Virus record (IMG/VR): IMGVR_UViG_3300028610_001416
Location: 1-60,001 of that record
Source: a virus
Lineage: Duplodnaviria; Caudoviricetes
Direction: 5' to 3' (one strand)
DNA: 60,001 nt
Shown here: piece after piece, positions 27,855-37,178 of the stretch
Position numbering within the stretch: position 1 is the stretch's first letter
How the letters are laid out: each line of letters starts with the position of its first letter
Notes under the pieces: model-generated
The model's database searches: none
Told to the model about the DNA's origin: nothing
Seen by the model: only the letters and a program-made list of their open reading frames with translations
Made by a program: the position numbers and the translations under genes

Positions 27855-28745
27855 ATGGAAAAGGTAGATTTAAGTTGGAATGATATTGGAATAAGAGCAC
27901 AGGCAATAGCGGATAAGATAGAGGTTAATGCAGTAAATATGAATCCTCCATTGAGATTATACGGTATTCCACGAGGAGGGGTTTATGCTGCTCAAGCTGT
28001 TTTGTCCTATATAGAGAAGGAGTCAGAGCTTGTGGAAGAGCCAGATGATAACTGTATATTCATTGATGATATTATTGATACTGGAAAGACGAGGGATGAT
28101 TTTATAGAGGCATATGAATGTCCTTTTCTTGCTCTTGTGGATAAGCGGGGAGCGGATAGGAATGTGAAGGGTGTTTGGGTTTCATTTCCTTGGGAGCGAA
28201 TGACACATGATGAAGGGCCTGTAGAGAATGTCAAAAGGCTCTTGCAGTATATTGGGGAAGACCCGGAGCGAGATGGATTGAAAGAAACTCCTCAGCGAGT
28301 TATCGATTCTTATAAGAAATTGTTTGGTGGTTACAAGCAGAAGATGGAACTAAAGGTTTTTGAGGACCCTTGCAATCAAATGGTGTTATTAAAAAATATT
28401 GAGTTTTATTCAACTTGTGAGCATCACATGCTCCCCTTCTGCGGGAAGGCTCATATAGCATATATTCCAAATGGAAAGATAATCGGGATATCTAAGTTGG
28501 TTCGTGTTCTTGAGATTTTTTCCAGGCGACTTCAAATACAAGAACGACTTTGTCATCAGGTGACGGAGTCATTGGAAAGAATGTTAAAACCTTCGGGAAC
28601 GGCTTGTGTTTTAGAAGCCCAGCATTTATGTATGCTTTGTCGAGGGGTAGAGAAACAAAGTTCAATCATGGTTACTTCCTCTTTGACAGGGGTGTTTGAA
28701 AGTAACCTGTCAACAAGAAATGAATTTATGAGGTTAATAAAATGA
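27855..28745 (+). CDS. folE: Purine phosphoribosyltransferase-GTP cyclohydrolase I fusion
   Basis: N-terminus 'GIPRGG...IDDIIDTGKT...WVSFPWE' (Gpt-like); C-terminus 'GLKETPQRV', 'CEHHMLPF', 'GISKL', 'LQIQER', 'HLCMLCRG'. Confidence 0.9.
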   Translation: MEKVDLSWNDIGIRAQAIADKIEVNAVNMNPPLRLYGIPRGGVYAAQAVLSYIEKESELVEEPDDNCIFIDDIIDTGKTRDDFIEAYECPFLALVDKRGADRNVKGVWVSFPWERMTHDEGPVENVKRLLQYIGEDPERDGLKETPQRVIDSYKKLFGGYKQKMELKVFEDPCNQMVLLKNIEFYSTCEHHMLPFCGKAHIAYIPNGKIIGISKLVRVLEIFSRRLQIQERLCHQVTESLERMLKPSGTACVLEAQHLCMLCRGVEKQSSIMVTSSLTGVFESNLSTRNEFMRLIK

Positions 28746-29065
28746 AAACTATTGTATGGGTAACAGCTCAGTTTGAGGCATTTCATAGGTGGAAGGATGC
28801 TCCGGAAGATGTTTCTTTTTTGCGAAATTACCATCGTCATATCTTTCATGTTAAATTAGGTAAAGAGGTCACTCATGGAGACAGACAGATAGAGTTTATC
28901 CAACTCAAACGAGAGCTTGAATTGTATATACGGGAAAAATTTGAGGGTGGTCGATTCGAATATTCGTGTGAGATGTTGGCCAGTGCTTTGCATGTAGAGT
29001 TTGGAGCTTATTTTGTTCAAGTCAGTGAGGATGGGGAAAATGGGGCTATAGTGCAAAGGGATTGA
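28742..29065 (+). CDS. dpdL: QueD-paralogous T-fold protein, DpdL-like (putative CDG decarboxylase)
   Basis: 'FEAFHRW.DAP', 'LRNYHRHIF' (LxxxHRHxF), 'DRQIEFI', 'SCEMLA', 'VSEDGENGA'. Confidence 0.65.
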   Translation: MKTIVWVTAQFEAFHRWKDAPEDVSFLRNYHRHIFHVKLGKEVTHGDRQIEFIQLKRELELYIREKFEGGRFEYSCEMLASALHVEFGAYFVQVSEDGENGAIVQRD

Positions 29066-29066
29066 T

Positions 29067-29990
29067 ATGAGTAGAATACCGTTTAAGACGCCAGTAGATT
29101 ACTTTAAGAAAATTCTGCGTGGTAAGTATGAAAATATAAATCGGTTCAAAACTTTGCTTGGTAATAGGTGGCAAGAGTATGATTGTGATTTACATATCTA
29201 TCCTTGGACGAAGGCTCGTCCGGGGATGTTGAGTGTTGGCTGTCCAAATCAGTGTCCTTTTTGTCCTACTGCTCATTTACATAAGGGTCGTATTCACTTT
29301 GGGGATTATGAACGCATTATACCACAATATGTAGATGAGTGTATCCACTTCATGGATGAGAATTTCTTCTACAACAATATGGAAGTGGTTCTCCCATTAT
29401 TGAAAAAGTATAATATTCGATGGCTTGCAATGTCCGATTATGAAAGTATTGTTCGGGTGTTGGAAACTTTTGGGGAGTATTACCTGTATGAGTGTGGATT
29501 GAGGGTGATAGAGGTTGGGCTTGAAAATATTGTGCTATACAAAAAAGTACAAAAGGAAATTGAGACTCAGAAGATACAAATATATTATCTTAATATGACT
29601 TGCCTGCCGGAAGAGACAAAGACGTCAATCAAGGAAAATGCAGCGTGGATGGAAATGTCAAACAAACCAATTATGAATCCTATTCATTTTAATAATGGGG
29701 TGTGGTATGCTTGTGGTCAGTTTTTGTATCCATATAAAAAGATGGAGGAGAAGGGTCGATATATTGGTGGAAAGTTTGCAAGAGTTTTACCAACTTTTAT
29801 TCCCCATACCCTTCTTGTTCAAGATTATACTATTGTAGATTTGGGAAAGGTTAATTTTTACAATCAGCTTGTTTACGGGTGGAAGATATATAATCCAAAA
29901 ATGAGTGGAAACATAGGTGTCTTCATTGGGAATGACCAACAGAGGGCAGCTTGGTTATTGACTGGTATAAGATGTGGAGGAATTGTTTGA
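29067..29990 (+). CDS. Radical SAM enzyme
   Basis: 'GCPNQCPFC' CxxxCxxC and 'FMDENF'; no N-terminal cobalamin domain visible. Confidence 0.75.
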   Translation: MSRIPFKTPVDYFKKILRGKYENINRFKTLLGNRWQEYDCDLHIYPWTKARPGMLSVGCPNQCPFCPTAHLHKGRIHFGDYERIIPQYVDECIHFMDENFFYNNMEVVLPLLKKYNIRWLAMSDYESIVRVLETFGEYYLYECGLRVIEVGLENIVLYKKVQKEIETQKIQIYYLNMTCLPEETKTSIKENAAWMEMSNKPIMNPIHFNNGVWYACGQFLYPYKKMEEKGRYIGGKFARVLPTFIPHTLLVQDYTIVDLGKVNFYNQLVYGWKIYNPKMSGNIGVFIGNDQQRAAWLLTGIRCGGIV

Positions 29991-30322
29991 TGAATACTTC
30001 TTATTTTGCAAAATCTGGACACCATCCAAAAGCAGTGGCAATTGTTGAGTTTGCTCCTCGATTTTATAAAGGAAAGGTTTATCCGAAGTTAGCACCGAAG
30101 CCTTGGTTTCTTAGAAAGTACAGAAAAGATAGAGACGAAGTTTTCTATACCCAATATTATTGTAAGGAGGTTTTGGATAAGTTGGATGCAAAGAAGGTTT
30201 ATGAGGAGTTAGGTGCAGATGCTGTGCTGATATGTTGGGAGGGTGTGGGTAAGTTTTGCCATAGGCATATTGTGGCTAAGTGGTTATCTGCGGAGCTTGG
30301 GGTGGAGATAACAGAATTATGA
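29990..30322 (+). CDS. DUF488-like protein
   Basis: 'TSYFAK', 'LAP', 'LICWE....CHRHIVA.WL'. Confidence 0.7.
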   Translation: MNTSYFAKSGHHPKAVAIVEFAPRFYKGKVYPKLAPKPWFLRKYRKDRDEVFYTQYYCKEVLDKLDAKKVYEELGADAVLICWEGVGKFCHRHIVAKWLSAELGVEITEL

Positions 30323-30435
30323 GAATTTGTTCTAATGGGTTAAAATTAAAGATTAGTGTAATTGTACTTATTTATATAAAAAATTGACGAGAATGGGTGT
30401 TAGATGTGTAGGATTAATAGTGAAAGGGTAAGCTT

Positions 30436-31614
30436 ATGCTTTATTATGTACCATTAGAATCTTATGAAGAAAGATATACTATGCAGTGGTCTGCTCCTAT
30501 TACAGGTTGGTTGGAACGGAATTGGATTAAGGCTGATATAAGATATGCACGAATAGATAGCACAGAAAACAGAAAAGGAGTCACTCCAATTACAACTGGG
30601 GGGGTTTTGGATACCTTAAAACGAAATAGGCATTGTTGTGACCAGGTAAACCAACTTATGGCTTTGGCTTCGACGGGAGTTGTTACAAGTAAAGATATTA
30701 TTTACTTCGACGATTTTTGGCATTTTAATATGCAGGCTTTGGCTTATCATTTTCATCAATTGGGAATAACTCCTAAGATGTTTGCCTTTTGTCATGCACA
30801 GAGTGTGGATGAATTTGATTTTACTTATCCTATGCGACATTGGATGAGGAATTTTGAAAAAGGTATAGGTAAAATCTTGGACGGTATATTTGTCAACTGT
30901 GATGTGCTTAGGAATCTTTTACAGATGGCAGAGATAGGTGTAGGTAAAATTCATGTCACGGGTCATGTCTTTTGTGAGGAAGAGGTTGAGGAGCGAATGC
31001 CAAAGGCTGGTGGTGGTAAGAGTAGGGCAAAGTTTGAGAGAAAGAATCATATTTTGTTTACAAGCAGGTGGGACACGGAAAAGAATCCTGATTTCTTTTT
31101 AAGGGTGGCAGAGCAATTGTTAAGGGTTAGGAAGGATTTGAAATTCATTATTTGCACTTCTGCAAAACGAATAGAATCGAATGATGTGGCTTTGGAGAGA
31201 TTATTGCTTAAAAAGGTGGCTGAATATCCTGGTAATATAATACTAAAGGAGGGGTTGACAAAGGAGGAATATTATGAGGAATTGTGTAAGGCTAAGATAC
31301 AGTTAAATACAGCAGACCAAGACTTTACTTCTATAGCACTATTGGAGGCAAGTGTGGCTGGTTGTTATCCGTTGTATCCTAATTTCCGTTCCTTTCCACA
31401 AGCCTTTAAGCATATGAAGGGTTACATGTACCATCACCAAGATTTGGAAGATTGTGTTTGTCAGATAAATTGGATTTTAGCACGTGAAAAAAATTGGTCT
31501 GGAGATGATATAAAGCATAGAGCTTGGATTCATAAAAGACATAATACATCTTGGGCGAGGATGATTAATATAATGTTTGGGAAGAAATTAATAGAAGTGG
31601 TTGACTATGAATAG
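30436..31614 (+). CDS. GT-B glycosyltransferase
   Basis: 'FTSRWDTEKNPDFF', 'YYEELCKAK...TA.QD...IALLEA..AGC.PL.PN.RSF'. Confidence 0.8.
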   Translation: MLYYVPLESYEERYTMQWSAPITGWLERNWIKADIRYARIDSTENRKGVTPITTGGVLDTLKRNRHCCDQVNQLMALASTGVVTSKDIIYFDDFWHFNMQALAYHFHQLGITPKMFAFCHAQSVDEFDFTYPMRHWMRNFEKGIGKILDGIFVNCDVLRNLLQMAEIGVGKIHVTGHVFCEEEVEERMPKAGGGKSRAKFERKNHILFTSRWDTEKNPDFFLRVAEQLLRVRKDLKFIICTSAKRIESNDVALERLLLKKVAEYPGNIILKEGLTKEEYYEELCKAKIQLNTADQDFTSIALLEASVAGCYPLYPNFRSFPQAFKHMKGYMYHHQDLEDCVCQINWILAREKNWSGDDIKHRAWIHKRHNTSWARMINIMFGKKLIEVVDYE

Positions 31615-32494
31615 AGAGCAAGATATATCTCCTTTGATTATGGATTCAGGAGCAACCTTTTTGTATAATAAATATATCAAAAAGGATACGAAGGGTGCAC
31701 CTGGAACAGCCATAAAAGATAAGCGAAAATTGGATTTCTCATTTTATGAGACAGATACGTTTTTGGATTTTCGAGAAGCCTATATAAGGTTTGTTAAAAG
31801 GTATGATAGGTATTTGTTTGCTTATGTTAATATGGATTGGATAAACAATGCAGAGGGTTCTTATAATTCTCTAAAGTATATGGAGAGGAAAGGATGCCAT
31901 CCTCTTCCTGTGTTCCATTTGGGAAATGATTCGAAGTGGTTGAAAAGGTATGTGGATGAGGGGTACGAATTTATTTGTATAGGAGGAATAACACCTAACC
32001 CATATGGGATAGTTAAGCCTCAATTGGATAAGATATGGTCTGATATCTTGACAGATTCTGTTGGCAGACCGGTGGTTAAGGTTCATGGTTTAGCTTGTAC
32101 ATCCTACAGATTGCTTAAAAGGTATCCTTGGTATAGTGTGGACTCTGCTTCTTGGACGAAGTTAGGGGCTTGGGGTGGTATTTACGTTCCACGCAAAGTT
32201 GGTGGAAGGTTTAGTTTTGATAAGCAGCCTTTTGGAATTCAAGTGTCTGAAAAATCTTCAAAGACGGGTGAAAGGGATAGACATTTATGTACGATGCCAG
32301 CAGCGGAAGGGGCTCATATAAAAGAATGGCTTCAACTTATAGGTGTTCCATTGGGGGGTAAAAAAGAGTTAGGGGTTACAAATGATTATGAAAGTAGGAT
32401 GAGAGCAAATCTTTTCTTTTTCCAAGCCATGTGTAAATCTTTACCTGATTGGCCTTGGAATTTTACAAAACCTATTAGGAAAGGATTTTTTTAA
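31601..32494 (+). CDS. dpdA: DpdA/TGT-like guanine transglycosylase
   Basis: 'MDSGA', 'NMDWI', 'PVFH.G', 'ICIGG', 'KVHGLACT', 'PWYSVDSASW', within a Que cluster. Confidence 0.65.
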   Translation: MTMNREQDISPLIMDSGATFLYNKYIKKDTKGAPGTAIKDKRKLDFSFYETDTFLDFREAYIRFVKRYDRYLFAYVNMDWINNAEGSYNSLKYMERKGCHPLPVFHLGNDSKWLKRYVDEGYEFICIGGITPNPYGIVKPQLDKIWSDILTDSVGRPVVKVHGLACTSYRLLKRYPWYSVDSASWTKLGAWGGIYVPRKVGGRFSFDKQPFGIQVSEKSSKTGERDRHLCTMPAAEGAHIKEWLQLIGVPLGGKKELGVTNDYESRMRANLFFFQAMCKSLPDWPWNFTKPIRKGFF

Positions 32495-32667
32495 TGATAA
32501 TTTTTTATTCAGGTTCACGCAGCAAGAATGTTGCTCCAGAGGAGATGCTTGGTAGTGAGGCTGGGTTCATGTTGACGTATAGTGATTTTCATAGTGGAGG
32601 CAAAAAGAATGAGTCGGGACAGAGGTTCAAAAATCATAGAAGGAAATTGAGAAGGAGTAGAAAATGA
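32494..32667 (+). CDS. 57-aa protein (not in ORF track)
   Basis: MIIFYSGSRSKNVAPEEMLGSEAGFMLTYSDF...; start and stop overlap both neighbours. Confidence 0.6.
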   Translation: MIIFYSGSRSKNVAPEEMLGSEAGFMLTYSDFHSGGKKNESGQRFKNHRRKLRRSRK

Positions 32668-33701
32668 GAATTAATCGTGAAGAGTTCTTGAGTCAATTAG
32701 AGTCGGTAACACCTGGTTTATCAGCCAGAGATATTCAAGAACAGTCATCTTGTTTTGTTTTCAAAAATAAGAATATTTATACATTCAATGATGAAATAGC
32801 CTGCACTCAAAAGTCTCTCTTGTGGATTGAAGGAGCTGTACCATCGCAACCACTTCTTTCTATTCTTCGTAAACTGCGAGAGGACGAATTGGAGATTGCC
32901 CTTGGTGAGGGTACTAAGAGTATGGTACTGCTTGTTAAGGGTAAGCATAGAAAAGCAGCTATCCGAATGGAACAGGAAATTTTACTTCCTATTAAAGCGA
33001 TTGAAAAGCCAAGGGAATGGAAATCTTTACCCGCTGATTTTGCCAATGCTATTTCTATTGTTCAAACTTGTGCTGGTAGTAATGAGCATGAGTTTGCTTT
33101 GACTTGTATTCATATTGATTCGAAGTGGATAGAGGCTTGTGATAGGTTTCAGGTGGCTCGATATAAAACCAAAACTGATGTATCCAAATCTGTGTTGATA
33201 AGAAAAGATTCATTGAGGCATATTGTGTCATTGGATATGACAGAGTTTAGTGAGACACGGCATTGGATTCATTTTAGGAATTCTACTGGATTGACTTTTA
33301 GTTGTCGGCATTTTATAGAGGATTATCCTACTGAGGATGTAAAAGAGACTTTGAAGATGATGAAGGGTGAGCCGTTGAAATTGCCAAGGGGTTTGCGTGA
33401 AGCAGTTGAAAAGGCTGAGGTGTTTTCAACTGATAACGCTGAGGGTAGTAATGTCTCTGTGATGCTTAGGCCAGGCAAGTTTAAGATTACCGGTGAGGGG
33501 GCGTTGGGTTGGTTTACTGAAACTAAGAGGTCAAAGTATAGAGGTGAACCATTGCAGTTTATTATACCAACAAGACTGTTGGCGGAATTGGTAAAGCGGT
33601 ATAGTAAATGTGAAGTAACATCTACTCGCTTAAAAGTTGTTGGGGAGAAATTTGTTTATATTACTGTTTTGAGTAAGACAAAGAAAGAGGAAGATGACTA
33701 A
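32664..33701 (+). CDS. Sliding clamp (DnaN-like)
   Basis: 'MRINREEFL..L..V', 'FALTCIHI...IEACDRFQVA', 'EDYP', 'LREAVEKA.VF'; 345 aa. Confidence 0.7.
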   Translation: MRINREEFLSQLESVTPGLSARDIQEQSSCFVFKNKNIYTFNDEIACTQKSLLWIEGAVPSQPLLSILRKLREDELEIALGEGTKSMVLLVKGKHRKAAIRMEQEILLPIKAIEKPREWKSLPADFANAISIVQTCAGSNEHEFALTCIHIDSKWIEACDRFQVARYKTKTDVSKSVLIRKDSLRHIVSLDMTEFSETRHWIHFRNSTGLTFSCRHFIEDYPTEDVKETLKMMKGEPLKLPRGLREAVEKAEVFSTDNAEGSNVSVMLRPGKFKITGEGALGWFTETKRSKYRGEPLQFIIPTRLLAELVKRYSKCEVTSTRLKVVGEKFVYITVLSKTKKEEDD

Positions 33702-34911
33702 AGGATTTTTCTCTGCATCGAGGGTACAAAGTCGACGGAAGACTGGACGGATACCTCAGTGCGGTTTGTGTGGTTTATATAAACATTGTGAATCACCAAA
33801 GATGCCACCGACGGGTAGGGGGCGGAAGAAGATATTAGTAGTGGCTGAAGCACCTGGTAAGAATGAGGATAGGAACAATGAACAATTGATAGGTAAGGCT
33901 GGAAAGTTTCTTCGGAAGGTTTTAAGACCGTTGGGTATTGATTTAGATTTGGATTGTTGGAAGACCAATGCAGTTATCTGTCGAAGGCGAGGGAATGCAA
34001 CACCAGAGGATTATATGATAAAGGCTTGCCGTCCTAATTTAATGAACACCATTAGGGAATATGACCCCAATGTAATTTTATTATTGGGTGGTGTTGCTTG
34101 TGAATCCTTATTGTCGGAGATATGGAAAGAAGATGATGTTGGTCAAATTAGTCGATGGGGTGGTTTTTGCATACCTTGTACCAATCCCAATGCTTGGGTT
34201 GTTCCAACTTTTCATCCGTCTTATGTTATGCGAAAGCGTAATAAGGTTTTGGATAAAATTTTTAGGGAGCATTTAAGGCTTGGGATTAAAAAAGCAAAAA
34301 GTAAACCTTGGGCGGAGGTTCCTAACTATAAAAAGCAGATTGAAATAATTACCAGACCATCACAAGCTGCTAAGATAATTAGAGAAATGACGAGGAAAGG
34401 TGGGTCAGTTGCTCCTGATTTTGAATGTAATTGTTTGAAACCAGAAGGAGAGGGGACTGAGATTGTAAGTTGTGCTCTTTGTTGGAGAGGTGAAAGAACA
34501 ATTGCCTATCCTTGGATGTATGAAGCGGTAGACGCTACCAGCGAATTGCTTAAGTCACCAATGCCTAAGATAGCAAGTAATCTAAATATGGAGAGTAGAT
34601 GGACGTGGGTGAAGTTGGGACACCGAGTTAGGAATTGGTGGTGGGATACTATGCTTGCTGCTCATGTATTGGATAACCGTCGGCATATTACTGGTCTTAA
34701 ATTTCAAGCATTCGTTTGGCTTGGGATGGAAAGTTACAATGGGCATATAGAACCATATTTGAAATCAACTAAAAGCAGTCGGTTTAATCGAATACATGAA
34801 TTGGATTTGAGAGACCTGTTGGAGTATAATGGATTGGATTCGTTTTCGGAGCATGGATTGGCAATGAAACAAATGAAAATGATGAGGAAGAGAAATGCCA
34901 AGTACAGATAA
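33694..34911 (+). CDS. Family-4 uracil-DNA glycosylase fused to a 3'-5' exonuclease (N-terminal half of a split PolA)
   Basis: 'CGLCGL', 'VAEAPG..ED', 'TNAVICR', 'TFHPSY'; exonuclease motifs 'DFEC', 'DTMLAAHVLD', 'YNGLDS'. Confidence 0.85.
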   Translation: MTKGFFSASRVQSRRKTGRIPQCGLCGLYKHCESPKMPPTGRGRKKILVVAEAPGKNEDRNNEQLIGKAGKFLRKVLRPLGIDLDLDCWKTNAVICRRRGNATPEDYMIKACRPNLMNTIREYDPNVILLLGGVACESLLSEIWKEDDVGQISRWGGFCIPCTNPNAWVVPTFHPSYVMRKRNKVLDKIFREHLRLGIKKAKSKPWAEVPNYKKQIEIITRPSQAAKIIREMTRKGGSVAPDFECNCLKPEGEGTEIVSCALCWRGERTIAYPWMYEAVDATSELLKSPMPKIASNLNMESRWTWVKLGHRVRNWWWDTMLAAHVLDNRRHITGLKFQAFVWLGMESYNGHIEPYLKSTKSSRFNRIHELDLRDLLEYNGLDSFSEHGLAMKQMKMMRKRNAKYR

Positions 34912-35446
34912 GAAGAAAAAAGAAAAGGTTTATAAAGAAATTGTTATTGAAAGATGGTTGGCACGGGCGTTGCTTTTGTCAAAGACTGAAACCTCAGTAA
35001 GTCTAAGAATGGATGTTGTTCATTACAATGCGAAGGCTGACGAATTAGTGGCAACAGATGGTAGGGCGTTGCTTATAGTTAAGATGAAACCAATTGAGGC
35101 GTTGATACCAATAAAGTTGGCAGAGGGTGATTATGGGATTTATGGTGATAGGCTTATACAAAAAGGTGCAGACCGAAAGGAGAATGTGTTTCCAGAGTAT
35201 CAAAAGATTGTTCCTGTCAAAGCAAAGGTGATATGTTCTGGGGATATTTTTAACGGTATTATTGAATGTATGGTGAAAGGGCAGGTATATTTGAATATTT
35301 GGAAATATGCAAGTGTCTTAAAAATACTTAGTGGATTTTCTCCTTCATGGGTTTTCACTAATGATGACCCAGTGCAGCCTGTAATGATGGAAGCAGATGA
35401 TAGTAAATATGATATCAAATATATAATCATGCCAATACGCAAATGA
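34895..35446 (+). CDS. Beta-clamp-like partial protein
   Basis: 'LVATDGRAL', 'FPEYQKIVP', C-terminal 'YIIMPIR' as in DnaN. Confidence 0.55.
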   Translation: MPSTDKKKKEKVYKEIVIERWLARALLLSKTETSVSLRMDVVHYNAKADELVATDGRALLIVKMKPIEALIPIKLAEGDYGIYGDRLIQKGADRKENVFPEYQKIVPVKAKVICSGDIFNGIIECMVKGQVYLNIWKYASVLKILSGFSPSWVFTNDDPVQPVMMEADDSKYDIKYIIMPIRK

Positions 35447-36828
35447 AGCCAATAACTGACCAAGGATATAAATTATTACACGAAGGTGCCGTAGCCTTAT
35501 CGCAGGTTGAGACTAATGGGATAAGGATGGATGTTGATTACTTGAATAGGGTTATTAAAAAGACGGGTATTGAAGTCAAAGAGATATCGGATAGATTGAA
35601 ACAACATAAGATATATAGGGTGTGGAGAAAGCATTATGGTGTTAAAACAAATTTAGGTAGCAGAGAACAGTTGGGTAAGGTACTCTTTGATATAATGGAT
35701 TATCCTTGTACTTCTCGTACTGAAAAAGTCAAACGTCCAAAAGCGGATGAGGCAGCCTTGAAATTGACAGGGTTAAGGTTTGTTGATGATTACTTGTATT
35801 TGGAGAGATTGAAAAAGGCCAGAAGCACCTACTTGGTAGGTTTTTTGCGGGAGACAGTGGACGGTTTTGTCCATCCGAATTTTCCACTTAACATGGTTCA
35901 AACATATCGTGGAAGCAGCAGCAATCCAGATTTTCAGAATATAGTTAAAAAGAATCCTGAACTTTCAAAATTAATTAGGCGGGCTTTTATAGCAAGGAAA
36001 AACCATCAAATTGTTGAGATTGATTTTAAGGGGATAGAGGTTTGTTGTGCTGCCTGTTATCATAAAGACCCAGCGATGATTAGGTACATAAAAGACCCAT
36101 CGATGGATATGCACCGTGATATGGCTTGTGAATGTTATATGATAGATAAGAAGCAGGTTTCGTGGGATGCACGAGACACTTCAAAAAATATGTTTGTCTT
36201 TCCTCAACAGTATGGTGATTGGTATAAACATTGTGCTCAGAATATGTGGGATGCTATGATTGAGAGAGATATAAGGACAGTGGATGGTATAAAACTTATT
36301 AGGCATCTCAAACGAATGGGTATTACAAGTTTAGGTGATTGTGACCCAGAAGAAGAACCGGAGGAAGGAACCTTTGAATATCACATACAAGGAGTAGAAT
36401 ATGATTATTGGCATAAGAAGTTTCCAGTTTACAATCAATGGAAACAAGATTGGTATGAAGCTTATTTGGAAAAAGGATATTTCAAAACATTAACTGGATT
36501 TATAATTGACTGTTATCTTAATAGGAAACAAGTGATAAATTATCCAGTACAAGGTTCGGCGTTTCATTGGTTGCTGTGGTCGTTGATACGAATACAGAAA
36601 TTGTTGAAAAGGTACAGGATGAGGTCGTTGATTGTTGGACAGATTCACGATAGTATTGTTGGTGATGTGCATAAGAGAGAAAGAAGGGATTATTTAGATA
36701 TTGTTAAACAGGTTATTTATGAAGATATTAGGAAACATTGGAAATGGATTATTGTTCCACTGAGAGTTGATGTTGGGGTTGCTCCGGTTGGTGGTAGTTG
36801 GTATGACAAAAAGGAGGTCAAAATATGA
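35443..36828 (+). CDS. polA: Family A DNA polymerase, polymerase domain
   Basis: 'VETNGIRMD', 'SSSNPDFQNI', motif A 'IDFKGIE', motif B 'R..SKNMFVFPQQYG', 'NYPVQGSA', motif C 'QIHDS'. Confidence 0.9.
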   Translation: MKPITDQGYKLLHEGAVALSQVETNGIRMDVDYLNRVIKKTGIEVKEISDRLKQHKIYRVWRKHYGVKTNLGSREQLGKVLFDIMDYPCTSRTEKVKRPKADEAALKLTGLRFVDDYLYLERLKKARSTYLVGFLRETVDGFVHPNFPLNMVQTYRGSSSNPDFQNIVKKNPELSKLIRRAFIARKNHQIVEIDFKGIEVCCAACYHKDPAMIRYIKDPSMDMHRDMACECYMIDKKQVSWDARDTSKNMFVFPQQYGDWYKHCAQNMWDAMIERDIRTVDGIKLIRHLKRMGITSLGDCDPEEEPEEGTFEYHIQGVEYDYWHKKFPVYNQWKQDWYEAYLEKGYFKTLTGFIIDCYLNRKQVINYPVQGSAFHWLLWSLIRIQKLLKRYRMRSLIVGQIHDSIVGDVHKRERRDYLDIVKQVIYEDIRKHWKWIIVPLRVDVGVAPVGGSWYDKKEVKI

Positions 36829-37178
36829 TTTTGACTGTTAAAGAAAAGGAGCGTATTATAAATGGTTTATCCTGGATGGTTGAGGATATGAAGCATCGAC
36901 ATGACGAGATGCAAGGCACCCTTGGACAAGATAGTGCAAGTAATTACAGCCCTCAATTGACAGAGGTTTTGAGTTTGTTAAAAGCTGTAAAGGAAGTGAA
37001 TCCAGTTGAAGTGACGGTTACTCATAAAAAAGTGGTGGCTCTAAATTGCAGGCATTTTGTTTGTAGGTATAATGAGAAAGGTGTTTGTGCTTTGTCAAAA
37101 ATCACTCTTGAAAATAGTGGAAGCGTAATTATTGGTAGGTTAAATTGTGTGGAAGCAGAAGGGAAGGATGAAGGATAA
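36825..37178 (+). CDS. Hypothetical protein with a Cys-rich C-terminus
   Basis: 'C..FVCRYN...VC...I...C'; AAGGAGG SD. Confidence 0.55.
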   Translation: MILTVKEKERIINGLSWMVEDMKHRHDEMQGTLGQDSASNYSPQLTEVLSLLKAVKEVNPVEVTVTHKKVVALNCRHFVCRYNEKGVCALSKITLENSGSVIIGRLNCVEAEGKDEG

